64,000 bases of DNA, taken from positions 32,001-96,000 of IMG/VR virus record IMGVR_UViG_3300047564_003843; one strand, 5' to 3'. The first letter of the stretch is position 1; every line of letters begins with the position of its first letter. The DNA comes from a virus. The notes beneath the pieces were generated by a model. The model searched no databases and was not told the DNA's origin. It saw only the letters and a list, made by a program, of their open reading frames with translations. The position numbers and the translations under genes are program-made. Below are positions 46,222 through 61,519 of the stretch, one piece after another.

Positions 46222-46620
46222 ATGCTCTTTGCCGCAGATGCTCCTTGGTGGGAACCAGGTACCCCTAATTTTCTAGACATCGGAGATGTCTCGGCTATTT
46301 TGGTATTCCTAATAACCCTTACAGGTGCCTTTTTAGCAATAACAAAATTTTGGCTAAGGCTACTACGTCGAATCATTCGAGAAGAGATAGAGGTGGCTAC
46401 CCAGCCAATCCATCCTTCTGCAAATGGAGGGCTCAGTCTAGCAGATGTAGCCCGAAAGACTAATAGCCTTGAAACCCAGCTTTCTGACATTCAAAAAGAG
46501 ACTAAAGAGACCAAGGATTTGCTTATCAAAGTCCTAGCTCAGTCAGTGGTAATCCCAGACACCGTTCCTATGGCTGAACCACCTGTGAAGCGAAAAAGCC
46601 GTAAATCCTCAGGTTCTTAG
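46222..46620 (+). CDS. membrane protein of actinophage type
   Basis: TM helix then ANGGLSLAD motif; SD AGGA before ATG at 46222. Confidence 0.65.
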   Translation: MLFAADAPWWEPGTPNFLDIGDVSAILVFLITLTGAFLAITKFWLRLLRRIIREEIEVATQPIHPSANGGLSLADVARKTNSLETQLSDIQKETKETKDLLIKVLAQSVVIPDTVPMAEPPVKRKSRKSSGS

Positions 46621-46758
46621 AAACACTTTTTTCTTCACCTTTTAGACACGCCAGTAAATTAAAATCTATTAGTTTATTTAATTAAGTGTTATCCTTCTAT
46701 ACAGAGTAACCGTTAACTTTACGGTGACTCTAATAAGTAATAAAACTGGAGGATTACC

Positions 46759-47034
46759 ATGGGGTTAGCAGAAAAATTACTTGAAGTAAAAAGGTCTGAA
46801 CCTGGACTTCCCTGCGGGATAGGAAAGCTTCTTACGGAACTCAAGGGGGAAGATAAAGAAGCTTTAGAATTAATTTTTTCTACCCGTTCAAAATCTGGGA
46901 CAATTTCAAATCGTCAAATTCATCGCATTCTTCTCGATGAGGGGTATGAGGTGGCGTTTGCTTCTATCTCGCTTCATAGGCGGCAACAGTGCCGTTGCTA
47001 TACGAGTAGAGATAAAGCAGTTAAGGACAACTAA
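46759..47034 (+). CDS. small putative DNA-binding protein
   Basis: PCGIG...ISLHRRQQCRC; GGAGG SD. Confidence 0.7.
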   Translation: MGLAEKLLEVKRSEPGLPCGIGKLLTELKGEDKEALELIFSTRSKSGTISNRQIHRILLDEGYEVAFASISLHRRQQCRCYTSRDKAVKDN

Positions 47035-48251
47035 TGTCTTCTCTAACAGACAAGCTCACTGAGCTCATTTCTCCGGGGCCTAGTGGGTCTGACCGTAGAG
47101 AAACAAACACTCCCGAATCTTGGAGACCACGCCTTGAGATAGACCCGTCAAAAGGCGAAGGGTTTTTTATATCAACCCCAAGACCAGCAGGAAACAGCGC
47201 AGATGCAACAGAACTTTTAAAAGAGTTCGATTTAGACCCAAAAGATTGGTCAATAAGCTCTCTAAGACGCTCAAGATGGCAGAATCATAAAGGAGAATGG
47301 CTAGAAGCTTTTAGAGCCAGCTTAGTTCCAACTTCTAATGTATCTAGTTCAGAGTTAGATTTTGATTTAGAGAAATTAATAAATGAGGTTTCTAAGTGGA
47401 GACCTTCTAAAGTTTCACAAAAAATAACAGGCGAACTTGCATATGTATTTGCTCCCAGTGACCAGCAAATTGGTAAAAAGCAAGGCGACACTGGAACTGG
47501 TCAAACAGTTCAAAGACTTTTAGATTTAACCGAACAAGGTGTTCAAAGACTTTTAGAGCTTAGAAAAATTGGAAGACCTATAGGAACAATTGTCATACCC
47601 CTACCAGGAGACCATGTAGAAGGCACTGTGTCCCAAGGGGGAAGAATTCAAGGTCAAGCTGTATCAGATTTAGGTATTACAGAGCAAACTAGATTAGCCA
47701 GACGACTTCTTTTAGCACAAGTAAAAGCTTTTGCTCCATATGCTGAAAAAATAGTAGTACCAGTAGTTAATGGAAACCATGATGAAGCTGGTCGTCAAGT
47801 TATGACTGACCCTTCAGATGGGTGGAATGTTGAAATTGCAAGCGCAGTCCAAGACGCTTGCGCAGAAAATGAAAATCTTTCTCACGTTGAATTTAGATTC
47901 CCAGAAAAGCAGCATCAAACTTTGGCTATAAATGTTTGTGGAACTATGCTTGGACTTTTTCACGGTCATCAAACTGGTCGAGATGTTTTAAAATATCTAT
48001 CTGAGCAATCAGCTGGTCAAACTCCATTAGGCGCTTGCGATGTCTGGATTTCTGGGCATTACCACTCGTTTAAGAGTATGGATGTTGGCAACCGTCTATG
48101 GCTTCAAGCCCCGACTACTGACCCCGGTAGTGCGTGGTTTAGGGACAGACATGGACTGGAGTCACCTCCAGGAGTCCTAACTTTGGTTATAGGTGGAGAC
48201 TACAATCCGAGACAGGATATAAGCGTTTTAACTGCTAAAAGGACTACATAA
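47034..48251 (+). CDS. calcineurin-like metallophosphoesterase (Mre11-like)
   Basis: SDQQIG, GDHVEG, GNHD, FHGH, SGHYH. Confidence 0.85.
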   Translation: MSSLTDKLTELISPGPSGSDRRETNTPESWRPRLEIDPSKGEGFFISTPRPAGNSADATELLKEFDLDPKDWSISSLRRSRWQNHKGEWLEAFRASLVPTSNVSSSELDFDLEKLINEVSKWRPSKVSQKITGELAYVFAPSDQQIGKKQGDTGTGQTVQRLLDLTEQGVQRLLELRKIGRPIGTIVIPLPGDHVEGTVSQGGRIQGQAVSDLGITEQTRLARRLLLAQVKAFAPYAEKIVVPVVNGNHDEAGRQVMTDPSDGWNVEIASAVQDACAENENLSHVEFRFPEKQHQTLAINVCGTMLGLFHGHQTGRDVLKYLSEQSAGQTPLGACDVWISGHYHSFKSMDVGNRLWLQAPTTDPGSAWFRDRHGLESPPGVLTLVIGGDYNPRQDISVLTAKRTT

Positions 48252-48358
48252 TTTAAAGATAGCCATCTCCGTGACAGCGTACAATATAAAACAGTCCCGA
48301 GGAGTCTGTTTGCCTGTGCAGCCTCCTATAAAGACCACCGAGACCTGGAGCACCGCGA

Positions 48359-54304
<5,946 letters not shown>

Positions 54305-54317
54305 GGAGAGTGATTAA

Positions 54318-55019
54318 ATGCCAGCAATAGATTTTCCAAATAATCCAACTCTTAATCAAGAGTACACAAACGGAGTAAACGTCTACCGTTGGGATGGCAC
54401 TGCGTGGCGATTAGTTCGCACAAGTGCAGTCGGACCAACAGGTCCAACTGGTCCTGCAGGTCTTGATTCAACTGCTATTGGTGCTACTGGTCCAACTGGT
54501 CCAGATGGTTTACAAGGACCTACAGGTCCAGAAGGTCTTCCATCTATCGTTCCAGGTCCAACTGGTGCTACTGGACCTACAGGGTCTTTTGCAATTGTCC
54601 CGTGGACTTTGTATACGCCAACATGGTTTGGAAGCACTACAAATCCTCAAATTGGAAATGGTCTTCTTCAAGGTAGATATACCTATGTAGGAACTACAAT
54701 TTTTGGAGAAATTAGAATTCGAGCAGGAACATCAGGATTTAACCGAGGAAATGGTACTTATTCTTTAAGCCTTCCTGCTGCTGGAAATGTTGAAAACTAT
54801 CAACCAGTAGGTCAAGTTGTTATGAGAGATGAAGGCCCAGGTATTACATACTTTGGTACTGCAATTTTTAATAACAACGTATCCAATCGTATAGAGCTTT
54901 TTATGCACTCACAGTCTGCAACATTTGATGAAGGTGTAGCTGTAACTGAAAGCACACCATTCCTTATCAGCGCGAATGACAAGATACTTATTCAATTTAC
55001 CTATGAGTCGTTGGTGTAA
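54318..55019 (+). CDS. short collagen-like fibre protein
   Basis: AIDFP..P N-terminus, GPT repeats, C-terminal beta domain. Confidence 0.85.
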   Translation: MPAIDFPNNPTLNQEYTNGVNVYRWDGTAWRLVRTSAVGPTGPTGPAGLDSTAIGATGPTGPDGLQGPTGPEGLPSIVPGPTGATGPTGSFAIVPWTLYTPTWFGSTTNPQIGNGLLQGRYTYVGTTIFGEIRIRAGTSGFNRGNGTYSLSLPAAGNVENYQPVGQVVMRDEGPGITYFGTAIFNNNVSNRIELFMHSQSATFDEGVAVTESTPFLISANDKILIQFTYESLV

Positions 55020-55030
55020 GGAGATAACTG

Positions 55031-56923
55031 ATGGCAGCTATTGATTTCCCTAACTCACCTACCGTAGGAGATTTATTTACTTCAGGATCTCAAACTTGGC
55101 AGTGGGACGGTACCGCTTGGAACCTTGTAATTTCTCAAGTAGTAGGTCCAACTGGTCCAACGGGTGCGCAAGGAAGTGCTTCTAATGTAACTGGACCAAC
55201 AGGACCTACAGGAACAGTTCTTTTAGCTTCTGATACACCTCCAACAGGAGCATCTGCTGGTGATGCTTGGTTAAACACTGCTACAGGAAAAATTTATGTT
55301 TACTTTGATGATTACTGGGTAGAGTCTGCTTCAAGTCTTTCAGGTAGTGAAGGACCTACAGGTCCTACAGGACCTACTGGCCCAATCTCCACTGAATTAG
55401 GTCCTACAGGTCCTACTGGTGTTACTGGTGCTACAGGTCCACAAGGAAATACTGGCCCTACTGGTGCTAACGGTTTAGATGTAACTGGTCCAACTGGTCC
55501 ACAAGGTCCTACTGGTGTAGGAGGTCCTACAGGTGCAGAAGGTGAACGTGGACCTGTTGGTGCAACTGGTCCAATTGGTGCTACTGGTCCAACTGGTCCA
55601 GATGGAGAACTAGGTCCTACAGGACCTCAAGGTTTGCAAGGACCTCAAGGTATTACAGGTCCCCGTGGTTTTGCTGGCCCAACTGGTCCAGTTGGTGCTA
55701 CTGGTCCATCAGTAACTGGTCCTACAGGTGCGACAGGTGATGCTGGTCCAACAGGACCTGCTGGTGGACCTATTGGCCCTACTGGTGCTACTGGTCCTGC
55801 TGGTCCTACAGGAGCTGATGGTGCTGCAGGTCTTCGTGGTGCAACAGGTGCTACTGGTGCGACAGGAGCTGCCTCAACTGTTCAGGGACCAGTAGGTCCC
55901 GCTGGTCCAACAGGGCCTAAAGGTGATACAGGTGAACCTTCAACTGTTCCCGGTCCTCGGGGAGATACTGGTCCATCAGTAACTGGACCAAAAGGCGATA
56001 AAGGAGATACAGGCGATAGCTTTGCTGGAATCACTTCTACTAGCACATTATCTGTAAATCTTGGTTCTGAAAACTTTCTTGTTAATAAAACTGGCGCATA
56101 CTCTGTTGGAACACGTGCAAGATTAGCCAGCGCCACTTTCCCTCAAGATTATATGGAAGGTGTTATTACTGGAATTGTTGGAACTTCTGTCACAATGTTT
56201 GTTGACAAAATAAACGGTGATGGAAACACTTATTCAAGTTGGAATTTAGTTCTTGGTGCAGGAGAAATTGGACCTATTGGACCTACTGGTCCTCAGGGTG
56301 CATCAATTAAATTTAAAGGAACTGTTGCTCAGGATGTAAATCTTCCAGCTACTGGAAATCAAATTAACGATGCTTATGTAGTTTCTGCAACAGGTGATTT
56401 GTGGGTTTGGAATGGAACAGTGTGGCAAAACACTGGTCGAATTGTTGGACCTACTGGTTCTAAAGGTGATCAAGGAATTCAAGGACCTCAAGGAATTCAA
56501 GGACCGCAAGGAGATCCATCAACTGTTCCAGGTCCTCAAGGTGAGCAGGGACTTCAAGGAGTTCAAGGACCTCAAGGAATTCAAGGACCTACTGGCCCTG
56601 CATTCTTTAATTTAATTGGTCCTCAGTATCTATCTTCCGTAACACTAACTGCAAATGATGCTGCTTCTTTAGTTAAAGTAAACAGCTCAATTCCTTCAGT
56701 GGTAACAATTCCATCTGATGGTACTAGCGGATATACATTTGATACTGGAACTCAAATTGTTTTGACCCAGCTGGGAAGTGCAGTATTTAGTGTGACTGGT
56801 GCTGCGGGGGTAAGTGTTTTAAGTGAGGGAGGTCGCTACACAAGCAAACAACGTTACGCAGTGGCTTCTTTAATTAAACTTGGAGCTAACTCTTGGCTAC
56901 TAAGTGGAAACTTACAGGCATAA
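55031..56923 (+). CDS. collagen-like fibre protein
   Basis: MAAIDFP N-terminus, long Gly-X-Y tracts, C-terminal ..W...GNL domain. Confidence 0.85.
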   Translation: MAAIDFPNSPTVGDLFTSGSQTWQWDGTAWNLVISQVVGPTGPTGAQGSASNVTGPTGPTGTVLLASDTPPTGASAGDAWLNTATGKIYVYFDDYWVESASSLSGSEGPTGPTGPTGPISTELGPTGPTGVTGATGPQGNTGPTGANGLDVTGPTGPQGPTGVGGPTGAEGERGPVGATGPIGATGPTGPDGELGPTGPQGLQGPQGITGPRGFAGPTGPVGATGPSVTGPTGATGDAGPTGPAGGPIGPTGATGPAGPTGADGAAGLRGATGATGATGAASTVQGPVGPAGPTGPKGDTGEPSTVPGPRGDTGPSVTGPKGDKGDTGDSFAGITSTSTLSVNLGSENFLVNKTGAYSVGTRARLASATFPQDYMEGVITGIVGTSVTMFVDKINGDGNTYSSWNLVLGAGEIGPIGPTGPQGASIKFKGTVAQDVNLPATGNQINDAYVVSATGDLWVWNGTVWQNTGRIVGPTGSKGDQGIQGPQGIQGPQGDPSTVPGPQGEQGLQGVQGPQGIQGPTGPAFFNLIGPQYLSSVTLTANDAASLVKVNSSIPSVVTIPSDGTSGYTFDTGTQIVLTQLGSAVFSVTGAAGVSVLSEGGRYTSKQRYAVASLIKLGANSWLLSGNLQA

Positions 56924-56924
56924 A

Positions 56925-57848
56925 ATGTTAATAGCCACTCATGCAATGCATGCAACTCTTCCAGTTGCTTTTTTACCTACGGTATGGACTTTAGTTCCTA
57001 ATAGTTCTTTTGGCACAACAAACATAAATGCAATTGCGACTGATGGTGCAGGACAATTTGTTGCGGCAGGTAGTTCTGGAAAATTAGCTACTTCTACTAA
57101 TATATCTACTACATGGACTCAAAGAGTTTCTGGGTTTTCTGGTAGCAATATTTATGCTGTTGCTTACGGAGATAGTCAATATGTTGTTGGTGGTAGCTCT
57201 GGAAAAATGGCTACCTCTCCAGATGGAATTACTTGGACATTACGAGCTTCATCTTTTGGCGCAAGCGCAATACTAGGTATTACATATGCAGCTTCTGCTG
57301 GATTATGGGTAGCAGTGGGTGGTTCAGGAAAATTAGCTACTTCCATAGATGGTATTGAGTGGACTCAAAGGCTTTCATCTTTTGGAACTACTTTTATTAA
57401 TGGTATTTACTCTGACTCAACAAAAATTGTTGCAGTTGGTTATGATGGAAAATTAGCAACTTCCACTAATGGCATTAGTTGGACACAACGAGGTTCTTCT
57501 TTTATCACAAGCACTATTTTTTCTGTTACAGGAAATCCTTCTGAAAGCAGATATGTAGCCGTTGGAGACTCTGGAAAAATTGCTACATCTGATAATGGTA
57601 TAAATTGGATACAAACATTCCCTGCCAGCACTTTTGGTTCTTCTCAGATTAGGTCAGTTACAGCAAATATTGAGAATTACTATTTAGCTGGAGGAACTGC
57701 AGGAAAGTTAGCAACTTCTACTGACTCAGTTGCTTGGGTTCAAAGAAATTCAGGTTTTAGCACATCAAACATAAATGATGTTTATTTAGATGATTCATTA
57801 GGAATTGCCGTTGGAAATAGCGGCAAGATTTCATATGCGGGGGGCTAA
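56925..57848 (+). CDS. repeat beta-propeller protein (BNR/Asp-box-like)
   Basis: About six repeats of VAVG.SGKLATS.DG..W..R.S.F. Confidence 0.8.
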   Translation: MLIATHAMHATLPVAFLPTVWTLVPNSSFGTTNINAIATDGAGQFVAAGSSGKLATSTNISTTWTQRVSGFSGSNIYAVAYGDSQYVVGGSSGKMATSPDGITWTLRASSFGASAILGITYAASAGLWVAVGGSGKLATSIDGIEWTQRLSSFGTTFINGIYSDSTKIVAVGYDGKLATSTNGISWTQRGSSFITSTIFSVTGNPSESRYVAVGDSGKIATSDNGINWIQTFPASTFGSSQIRSVTANIENYYLAGGTAGKLATSTDSVAWVQRNSGFSTSNINDVYLDDSLGIAVGNSGKISYAGG

Positions 57849-58025
57849 ATGTTTTCTTATATAATAATAAATAACAACCCAAGAGGACCACTAGTTCAAA
57901 TACTTTACGGAAGTAACGTTATTGACGAGTCAGGACCATGGGAGTCTTTAGAGTCAGCATCAACATGGGCAGAAGCCTATGTAAGTATGAAAAATGCTAA
58001 TCAGTCAGAACCACAAGTTGGCTAA
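57849..58025 (+). CDS. small hypothetical protein (not in ORF track)
   Basis: 58 aa ORF, GPWES..SA..WA. Confidence 0.6.
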   Translation: MFSYIIINNNPRGPLVQILYGSNVIDESGPWESLESASTWAEAYVSMKNANQSEPQVG

Positions 58026-58074
58026 GAATTATCAAAGTAGAATAGACATTTGGACCAGAAAGGAGACAAGCTAA

Positions 58075-58725
58075 GTGGCAGCAATTGATTTTCCAACACC
58101 CGTAGTAGTTGGCGAAGAGTTCACCGCTGGTGGGCAAACTTGGATTTGGACTGGCGCTGTCTGGGAAGCTAAGCGTGTAACTCCAACTGGCCCTACAGGT
58201 CCACAAGGTATTCAAGGACCTACAGGTGGTGTAGGACCTACTGGTGCTACTGGCCCTACAGGTATTCAAGGACCTATAGGTCCCGTTTCAGATGTTGCTG
58301 GACCAATTGGTCCACAAGGCCCTACAGGTATTCAAGGACCTACAGGTCCACAAGGTTTACAGGGTTTACAAGGCCTTCGTGGCTTTACTGGACCAACTGG
58401 TGCTGATTCAAATGTTACTGGTCCTCAGGGTCCAACTGGTCCTCGTGGTGTAACTGGACCAACAGGTCCTACAGGAGCCCAGTCTGAAGTTCCAGGCCCT
58501 ACTGGACCAACTGGACCTGTTGGTAAGTTCACCGCTGGTCCAAGCCAGCCAGATTTATTGTCTGCAGTAAATGGTGATGCTTGGTTTGATACAAATACTG
58601 CAATTACTTATGTTTTTTACAATGGAGTGTTTGTTCAAACTCAAGGTGGCTCAACTGGCCCAGTGGGACCAACTGGTGCGCAAGGCTCTTTTGCAGCTAC
58701 ATATAGCTGGTGGTTAGGTACATAA
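58075..58725 (+). CDS. short collagen-like protein
   Basis: MAAIDFP N-terminus, Gly-X-Y repeats, GDAWFD module. Confidence 0.85.
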   Translation: MAAIDFPTPVVVGEEFTAGGQTWIWTGAVWEAKRVTPTGPTGPQGIQGPTGGVGPTGATGPTGIQGPIGPVSDVAGPIGPQGPTGIQGPTGPQGLQGLQGLRGFTGPTGADSNVTGPQGPTGPRGVTGPTGPTGAQSEVPGPTGPTGPVGKFTAGPSQPDLLSAVNGDAWFDTNTAITYVFYNGVFVQTQGGSTGPVGPTGAQGSFAATYSWWLGT

Positions 58726-58818
58726 AATGGAAAACACAAGCACTTTTTTCAAATCAAACTTTACTAGCGATGGTATTCTACTAGTAAATCTCGTGTGTGG
58801 TGAGAGAGGTATTAACTA

Positions 58819-61506
58819 ATGCCCGGCTTTTTAGGTGGCGGCTCAAGCTCGAGCAGCGGTACTGGCGGAGAGATTTCTTTCCCTAAAGAATTTATCGACC
58901 CTGTAACTAAGCTCCGTGTCTCTGAACCCCAGAACCTTATCGATACTGACTTTGAGTATGGACTTCAGCCTACCAAGTGGGAAACTGTTGAGCTTATTAA
59001 CAACACTCCTTCATTCTTTTCTAAGTCTGGCGATACCACCATCCCGAACATTGTTGCAATTACAACCAATGATGGAACCCGAGAAATTACCGTATCCACT
59101 GGCCTCCCACACGGGTTAGCGGTCGGTATCCCTATCAACGTAACTGGTACTAAGTCAATTACAGCTGATGGTGCGTACATCATCAACTCAATCCCTAACC
59201 CCAACACTTTTACATACCTATGTCGAGACATTCAGCTTGGTAACAATTCAATCGAGGATTTGTATTCTTCTGTAATTACAGGAGAGTTCTTCCAAGGCTC
59301 TCAGCTTCGACTTTCTGATGCTGCAGGTATTACAACCGACGGTGAAGCAATTTCTACTCTTACTGTTACAACAGGATCCACTCACGGATTTTATGTAGAT
59401 ACACCATTCTACTTCTTGAACCTAAACTCAACTATTTCACAGGAATTTCCTGCAAACAATAATGAAGCAAAATCTTTTGACGCTTCTAACTCAGCAACAG
59501 CTCAGACTTTTGATGGTTCAAATACTCTTTCTCAAATTAACATTGACTGGTCTAACTCTGCAACTGTTGCTGGTGTAACAAGCTCTGTAAATATGAGCGC
59601 AGCTAATCTTGCTAATAACACTATTACTGTTGCTCATGGAACAGAAAATTTTGCAAATATAGTAATTGGAACTCCTCTTTATTATGATGTAGTTTCTGGT
59701 GGAGGCTATTTTGCTGATAATCCTCGTGGAGTTGTTTTCTTAAAAACAAACACCACTCTTGGAACTTCTAGCTCAACATTCCAAGTTTCAACTCTTCCTG
59801 ATGGCGATCCAATTGCAATCCCAACTACAATGACTGGAACATTCCAGCTAGCTAATCAAGCTCGTACTTTTGCTGGAAATAACCAAAATGCTTCAACTGA
59901 AGTAACAGTTGAGATTGTTAAAGATACTCCTAAAGAGTTTGATGGTTCTAATACTTCAATTGAGATTGGTCAAGTTACTTCTTATAGTGGGTCTCTTGTT
60001 AACGTATCTTCTGCTCAAGCTGTACCTCTTAATTGGTACTTCGGAACTATGGTTTTCTATAGTACAACTGGAACAGCAGCTAACGGTCTTACAAACAACA
60101 CTACATATTTTATTGACTCATTCTTTAGCACTGGAACTTTAACCTATGCATTTACATTAAAACCAACTCCAACAGGTACAACAATTACTTCTCTTTCTGG
60201 TGGAACTGGAACACAAACATTTAAGCAAATTGGTATATCCCCAGATAAAAATATTTTCCATCTAAAAGATCATGGATATGCTCGTTTTGACATGGTTCGC
60301 TACGCCCCTCCTTCAGAAGAAGGAAGATTTACTGTAGTAGATGCTGCTCAAGTTAAAAACTTTTACTTCGTGGCGCAAGTTCTAGACACACATAATTTCA
60401 CTCTTAATCAAACAGTAGGAGAGTTAAGCCCTCAGACTATTTCAAGAAGTGGTTTTTCTCGATACGCAATTACACCAACAACTGTAACCCCTATCGGTAT
60501 GACTGCACCAATTACCTACACAGTTACAAGCGGAACTCTTCCATCAGGATTGTCTCTTAATCCTTCAACAGGTGTTGTTTCAGGAACTCCAACAGAAAAT
60601 ATTGCAGTTCCAGGTCGTATAGTTATTATCACTGGAACTGACGTAGATGGTATTTCTGCATTCCAAACTCACACATACCAGTTTGACCAACCACCTGCTT
60701 TGTATTCTTTCTCAAGCGTTACATTTACTCCAGGTGGTGCTGGTGGTTCTGGTGGTCCAAACGTTAGCCAAGCTCGTTCTGGTGCAGGAAACCCTTCATG
60801 GGGTAATACATATATCAACATGCCAGGTAACAATGGAACTATTGTATGGACTGTTCCAGAAGCAGCTACATATCGTGTAGAAGCATATGGTGCTGCAGGT
60901 GGTTGGGCATCTAACTGGGGTAACCGTGGTGGATATGGCGCACGCATGCGTGGAGATTTTGCATGGCAATTAGGCGATGAAATTAAAATTGTTGTTGGCC
61001 AAGCTGGTGGTGGTATGGGTGATAACGGCGGCGGTGGCGGCGGAAGCTACGTTGCTCGTCGTTCTGACAACCTTCCTTATCTTGTTGCTGGTGGTGGCGG
61101 TGGAGCATCTCCAGGTTGGTATGGATATGCAGATGCAACTACTGGTTGGTCTTCTCGCGGTTCCAACAACTGGGGTGGTGCCTCAGGAGGTAACGGCGGT
61201 AACGGTGATTCATTTGGTGGAGGCGGTGGCTTCTACGGTAACGGTGGAGGCTGGGCAGGTCCAGGTACTTCATTCGTAAATGGTGCTTACGGTGGAAACT
61301 ACTCAACTCACGGTGGATTTGGTGGCGGTGGCGCACCTCGCGGTTGGGCTGGAGGCGCTGGCGGTGGTGGTGGCTTCAATGGTGGTCCAGGTGCTTATTG
61401 GTCAGCTAATGGCGCTGGCGCTGGTTCTTACAATGTTGGAACAAATCAAAGCAGCTCAGAAGTTGCCAGCTCTGGTAACGGTCAAGTAAGTATTCAGAAA
61501 CTGTAG
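58819..61506 (+). CDS. virion structural protein with Ig-like and glycine-rich domains
   Basis: DPVTKLRVS.P..LIDTDFEYGLQPTKWE; LPSGLSLN..TG..SGTP; AYGAAGG..GGGGG domain. Confidence 0.8.
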   Translation: MPGFLGGGSSSSSGTGGEISFPKEFIDPVTKLRVSEPQNLIDTDFEYGLQPTKWETVELINNTPSFFSKSGDTTIPNIVAITTNDGTREITVSTGLPHGLAVGIPINVTGTKSITADGAYIINSIPNPNTFTYLCRDIQLGNNSIEDLYSSVITGEFFQGSQLRLSDAAGITTDGEAISTLTVTTGSTHGFYVDTPFYFLNLNSTISQEFPANNNEAKSFDASNSATAQTFDGSNTLSQINIDWSNSATVAGVTSSVNMSAANLANNTITVAHGTENFANIVIGTPLYYDVVSGGGYFADNPRGVVFLKTNTTLGTSSSTFQVSTLPDGDPIAIPTTMTGTFQLANQARTFAGNNQNASTEVTVEIVKDTPKEFDGSNTSIEIGQVTSYSGSLVNVSSAQAVPLNWYFGTMVFYSTTGTAANGLTNNTTYFIDSFFSTGTLTYAFTLKPTPTGTTITSLSGGTGTQTFKQIGISPDKNIFHLKDHGYARFDMVRYAPPSEEGRFTVVDAAQVKNFYFVAQVLDTHNFTLNQTVGELSPQTISRSGFSRYAITPTTVTPIGMTAPITYTVTSGTLPSGLSLNPSTGVVSGTPTENIAVPGRIVIITGTDVDGISAFQTHTYQFDQPPALYSFSSVTFTPGGAGGSGGPNVSQARSGAGNPSWGNTYINMPGNNGTIVWTVPEAATYRVEAYGAAGGWASNWGNRGGYGARMRGDFAWQLGDEIKIVVGQAGGGMGDNGGGGGGSYVARRSDNLPYLVAGGGGGASPGWYGYADATTGWSSRGSNNWGGASGGNGGNGDSFGGGGGFYGNGGGWAGPGTSFVNGAYGGNYSTHGGFGGGGAPRGWAGGAGGGGGFNGGPGAYWSANGAGAGSYNVGTNQSSSEVASSGNGQVSIQKL

Positions 61507-61519
61507 AAGGAGAGTATAA

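Noticed and set aside
46703-46731. tRNA or structured RNA at the AGAGTAACCGT..ACGGTGACTCT hairpin
   Set aside because: It is a single stem-loop with no cloverleaf or T-loop motif; more likely a leader or operator hairpin.
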